A stretch of DNA of 64,000 nucleotides, from assembly GCA_051313645.2 (NCBI GenBank), contig JBNRSN020000003.1, forward strand, positions 110,794,001 to 110,858,000, written 5' to 3'. The position numbers were made by a program, and so were the translations under genes. The notes under the pieces were generated by a model, which was not told the DNA's origin, did no database searches, and saw nothing but the letters and a program-made list of their open reading frames with translations. This DNA is from Centroscyllium fabricii (taxonomy: Eukaryota). Positions 61,501 to 64,000 of this stretch are shown here, in pieces (position 1 is the stretch's first letter; each line of letters begins with the position of its first letter).

Positions 61501-62140
61501 AGTCCCAGGTCCCTCTGTCCCTGCACGCTATTTAAAACTGTGCCATTAAGTGTATATTGCTTCTCTGCTCTTTCTGCCAAAATGCATCACTTCACACTTC
61601 TCTATTAAATTCAATCTGCCAGTTGCCTGCCCATTCTGTTAGCCTATGTCCTGTTGGTCGATTGGTATCATCCTCACTGTTTGCCACACCCTCAAGTTTG
61701 GTGTCATCAGCAAATTTAGAAATTCTACTCTGCATTCCAATATCCAGGTCATTTATATAGATCAAAAAATTCAGTGGCCTCAGCACTGACCCTTGGGGAC
61801 CACCACTGTCTACCATCGTCCAGTCTGAATAACAGCCATTTACCACAACACGCTGTTTTCTGTTCTTAAGCCAATTCCTTATCCAAGCTGCCACTGACCC
61901 ACCTATTCCATGAGCCTCAATTTTGTTAACCAGCATTCTCTGTGGTACTTTGTCAAATGCCTTCCGAAAATCCATGTAGACAACATCCATTACATTCCCT
62001 TCATCAATCCTCCCAGTTACATCATCAAAAAATTAGATTAGATTAGTCAAACACAATCTGCCTTTTACAAATCAATGTTGGCTCTCCTTAATTAGCTTAA
62101 ACCTCTCCAACTCTCAGTTAAGTCATTCCTTGATTATTAA
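55595..62140 (-). mobile_element. CR1 split by Gypsy F (55595-55663 and 60983-62140)
   Basis: ORFs 61242-61460 and 61592-61990 (FADD); flanks rejoin across acaat. Confidence 0.85.
55664..60980 (-). mobile_element. Ty3/Gypsy LTR retrotransposon F (Mag-like), decayed
   Basis: LTRs 55664-55885 and 60774-60980, TSD acaat, PBS tggcgacgagg (tRNA-Ser(GCU)-like) 60762-60772, PPT aagtggggagcaa; gag, RT (YLDD), RNase H and IN fragments. Confidence 0.93.
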
Positions 62141-63002
62141 ACATAGAAGATAGCAGAAGATAGGAGCAGGAGTAGACCATTCGGCCCTTCAATCCTGCTC
62201 CGCCATTCAATTAGATTATGACTGATGTTTCAGATTCAGTACCCTGTCACTGCCTTCTCCCCATGTCCCTTGATCCCTTCAGCCTGAAGAAATATATCCA
62301 ACTCCTTCTTGAATACATTCAATGAACCGGCCTCCACCGCCCTCTGTGGCAGAGAATTCCACAGGTTCACCACTCTCTGGGTGAAGAAATACCCCTCATC
62401 TCAGTCCTAAATGGCTTTCCCCTTATCCTTAGGTTATGGCCCCTGGTTCTGGACTCCCCGACCATCGGGAACATCATTCCTGCCTCCAGTCTGTCCAGGC
62501 CTAACAGAATTTTATAGGTTTCGATAAGATCCCCTCTCAATCGTCTGAACTCCAGTGAGTACAAGCCCAATCGACTAAATGTCTCCCCATACGTCATTCC
62601 TGCCATCCCAGGCATCAGCCTGGTGAATTTTCGCTGCACTCCCTCCATGGCAAGAACGTCCTTCCTCAGATGAGGCGACCAAAACTGCACACAATACTCG
62701 AGGTGCGGTCTCACCAAGGTCCTGTCGAGCTGCAGCAAGACATCCTTGTTCTTATATTCGGACCCTCTTGCTACGAATGCCAACATACCATTTGCCTTCT
62801 TAACTGCCTGTTGCACCTGCATGGTTACCTTCAGTGACTGGTGCACAAGAACACCCAGGTCTCTTTGAAAGTCCCCATCTCCCAATCTATTGCCATTCAA
62901 ATAATAATCTGCCCTCCTGTTTTTGCCACCAAAGTGGATAACCTCATATTTATCCACATTATAGTGCATTTGCCATTTATCTGCCCAATCCCCCAACATG
63001 CC
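62141..63002 (-). mobile_element. CR1-B 3' portion, cut by Gypsy C
   Basis: ORF 62367-62999 and CR1 3' tail. Confidence 0.9.
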
Positions 63003-64000
63003 TGACGTATCGTCAATAGTCTAATGAAACTAAAGACGCGTAGTTACCTTAACTAAAGGCTTTTATTAGCTTACAAAGGAGCTACGCTCCGATCGAACAT
63101 CAGGTACAGAATGAATGGGGGCAGGTCGGACCCCACCAATCAGGCACTCACCTGAGGGGAGGAGTTAGAGGTGTGGCTGACCTGACCCCGCGACAGTGTC
63201 GCAATAAAAAGCAGTGTATCATGCACCCAACCGCTATACATACAGTATAATATTGGTGACAATATTGAGGTGGTAAAAGAGTACATATAACGGTTACCAC
63301 ATTCACCACTTCTTTGAAAATTAAGTCCGGCGGGGTGAATGGACCGAGCAGTTCATGATGAGTTTATCCGGCGGTCGCGTCTGTCTGGTGGACTGCCGGG
63401 TCTCTGTCAGCGGTTCTGGTGCCTGCAGTGTCGGCGGCGCTGGTGTCGGCGGCGCTAGTGCCGGTACTGTAGGTGCTGGTGGTGGCGGTGGGGCCGAGCA
63501 CTGCATTTGCTGCTGTGCCTGCGACTGGTCGTCTGGTTCCTGGTCCTCAGCTGGCAATGGCGGGGGCTCCGATGTGTACGATAGTAGCGGCCAACCTCCG
63601 GTGGGTTGTGGGTGATGTATCGGCCAGTGGTCGAGATGTAGTGGCTGGAGGTGGCTGAAATGTAGTGGCTGGACGGGCTGGGGCACGACCAAGGGCTCTG
63701 CTGTGGTGCTCCCGGCGGGCACTAGGTCCCTGATGGCGACGGTGTCCTCGCGCCCGTCCGGGAACTGCACGTACGCGTACTGCGGGTTGGCGTGCAGCAG
63801 CTGCACCTTGTCTACCAGGGGGTCGGTCTTATGGCTGCGGAGATGCTTCCTAAGCAAGAGCGGCCCCGGCATCGTGAGCCATGGTGGGAGGGCTATCCCC
63901 GAAGTCGACTTCCTGGGGAAGGAAAAGAGTAAATCATGAGGTGTGGCATTGGTGGCCGTACACAACAGAGAGCGGATCGAGTGCAGCGCATCAGGGAGGA
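63003..64000 (-). mobile_element. 3' end of Gypsy C (related to Gypsy B), continuing beyond the window
   Basis: 3' LTR 63003-63301, PPT aagaagtggtgaa, integrase C-terminus (ORF 63321-63965) very similar to that of Gypsy B. Confidence 0.93.

Overview
Eukaryotic, almost certainly vertebrate genomic DNA. The CR1-dominated repeats, an HE1/V-SINE and a Deu-domain SINE point to a cartilaginous fish (inference). No host protein-coding gene is recognisable. Most of the window is nested transposable elements: many CR1 LINEs, a second CR1/L2-supergroup LINE, PIF/Harbinger elements and MITEs, one hAT MITE, three SINEs, six Ty3/Gypsy proviruses and three solo LTRs, most with readable target-site duplications (TSDs). 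Three proviruses are conventional tRNA-primed, Mag-like elements; one keeps an open 1049-aa pol. The most interesting signal is a second Gypsy lineage (six insertions). Both copies with a 5' LTR lack a tRNA primer-binding site (PBS). Instead they carry a 13-14 nt exact, co-varying complement of their own LTR poly(A)-signal region. Both also read YLDN rather than YxDD in the RT active site, and both copies that retain a polypurine tract (PPT) have a fold-back over it. This suggests a self-priming mechanism. Other oddities: an in-frame 27-nt micro-inversion shared by two independent CR1 insertions, and a Gypsy protease replaced by a minisatellite plus a templated duplication. Coordinates were read by eye, family names are provisional, and no database searches were run.
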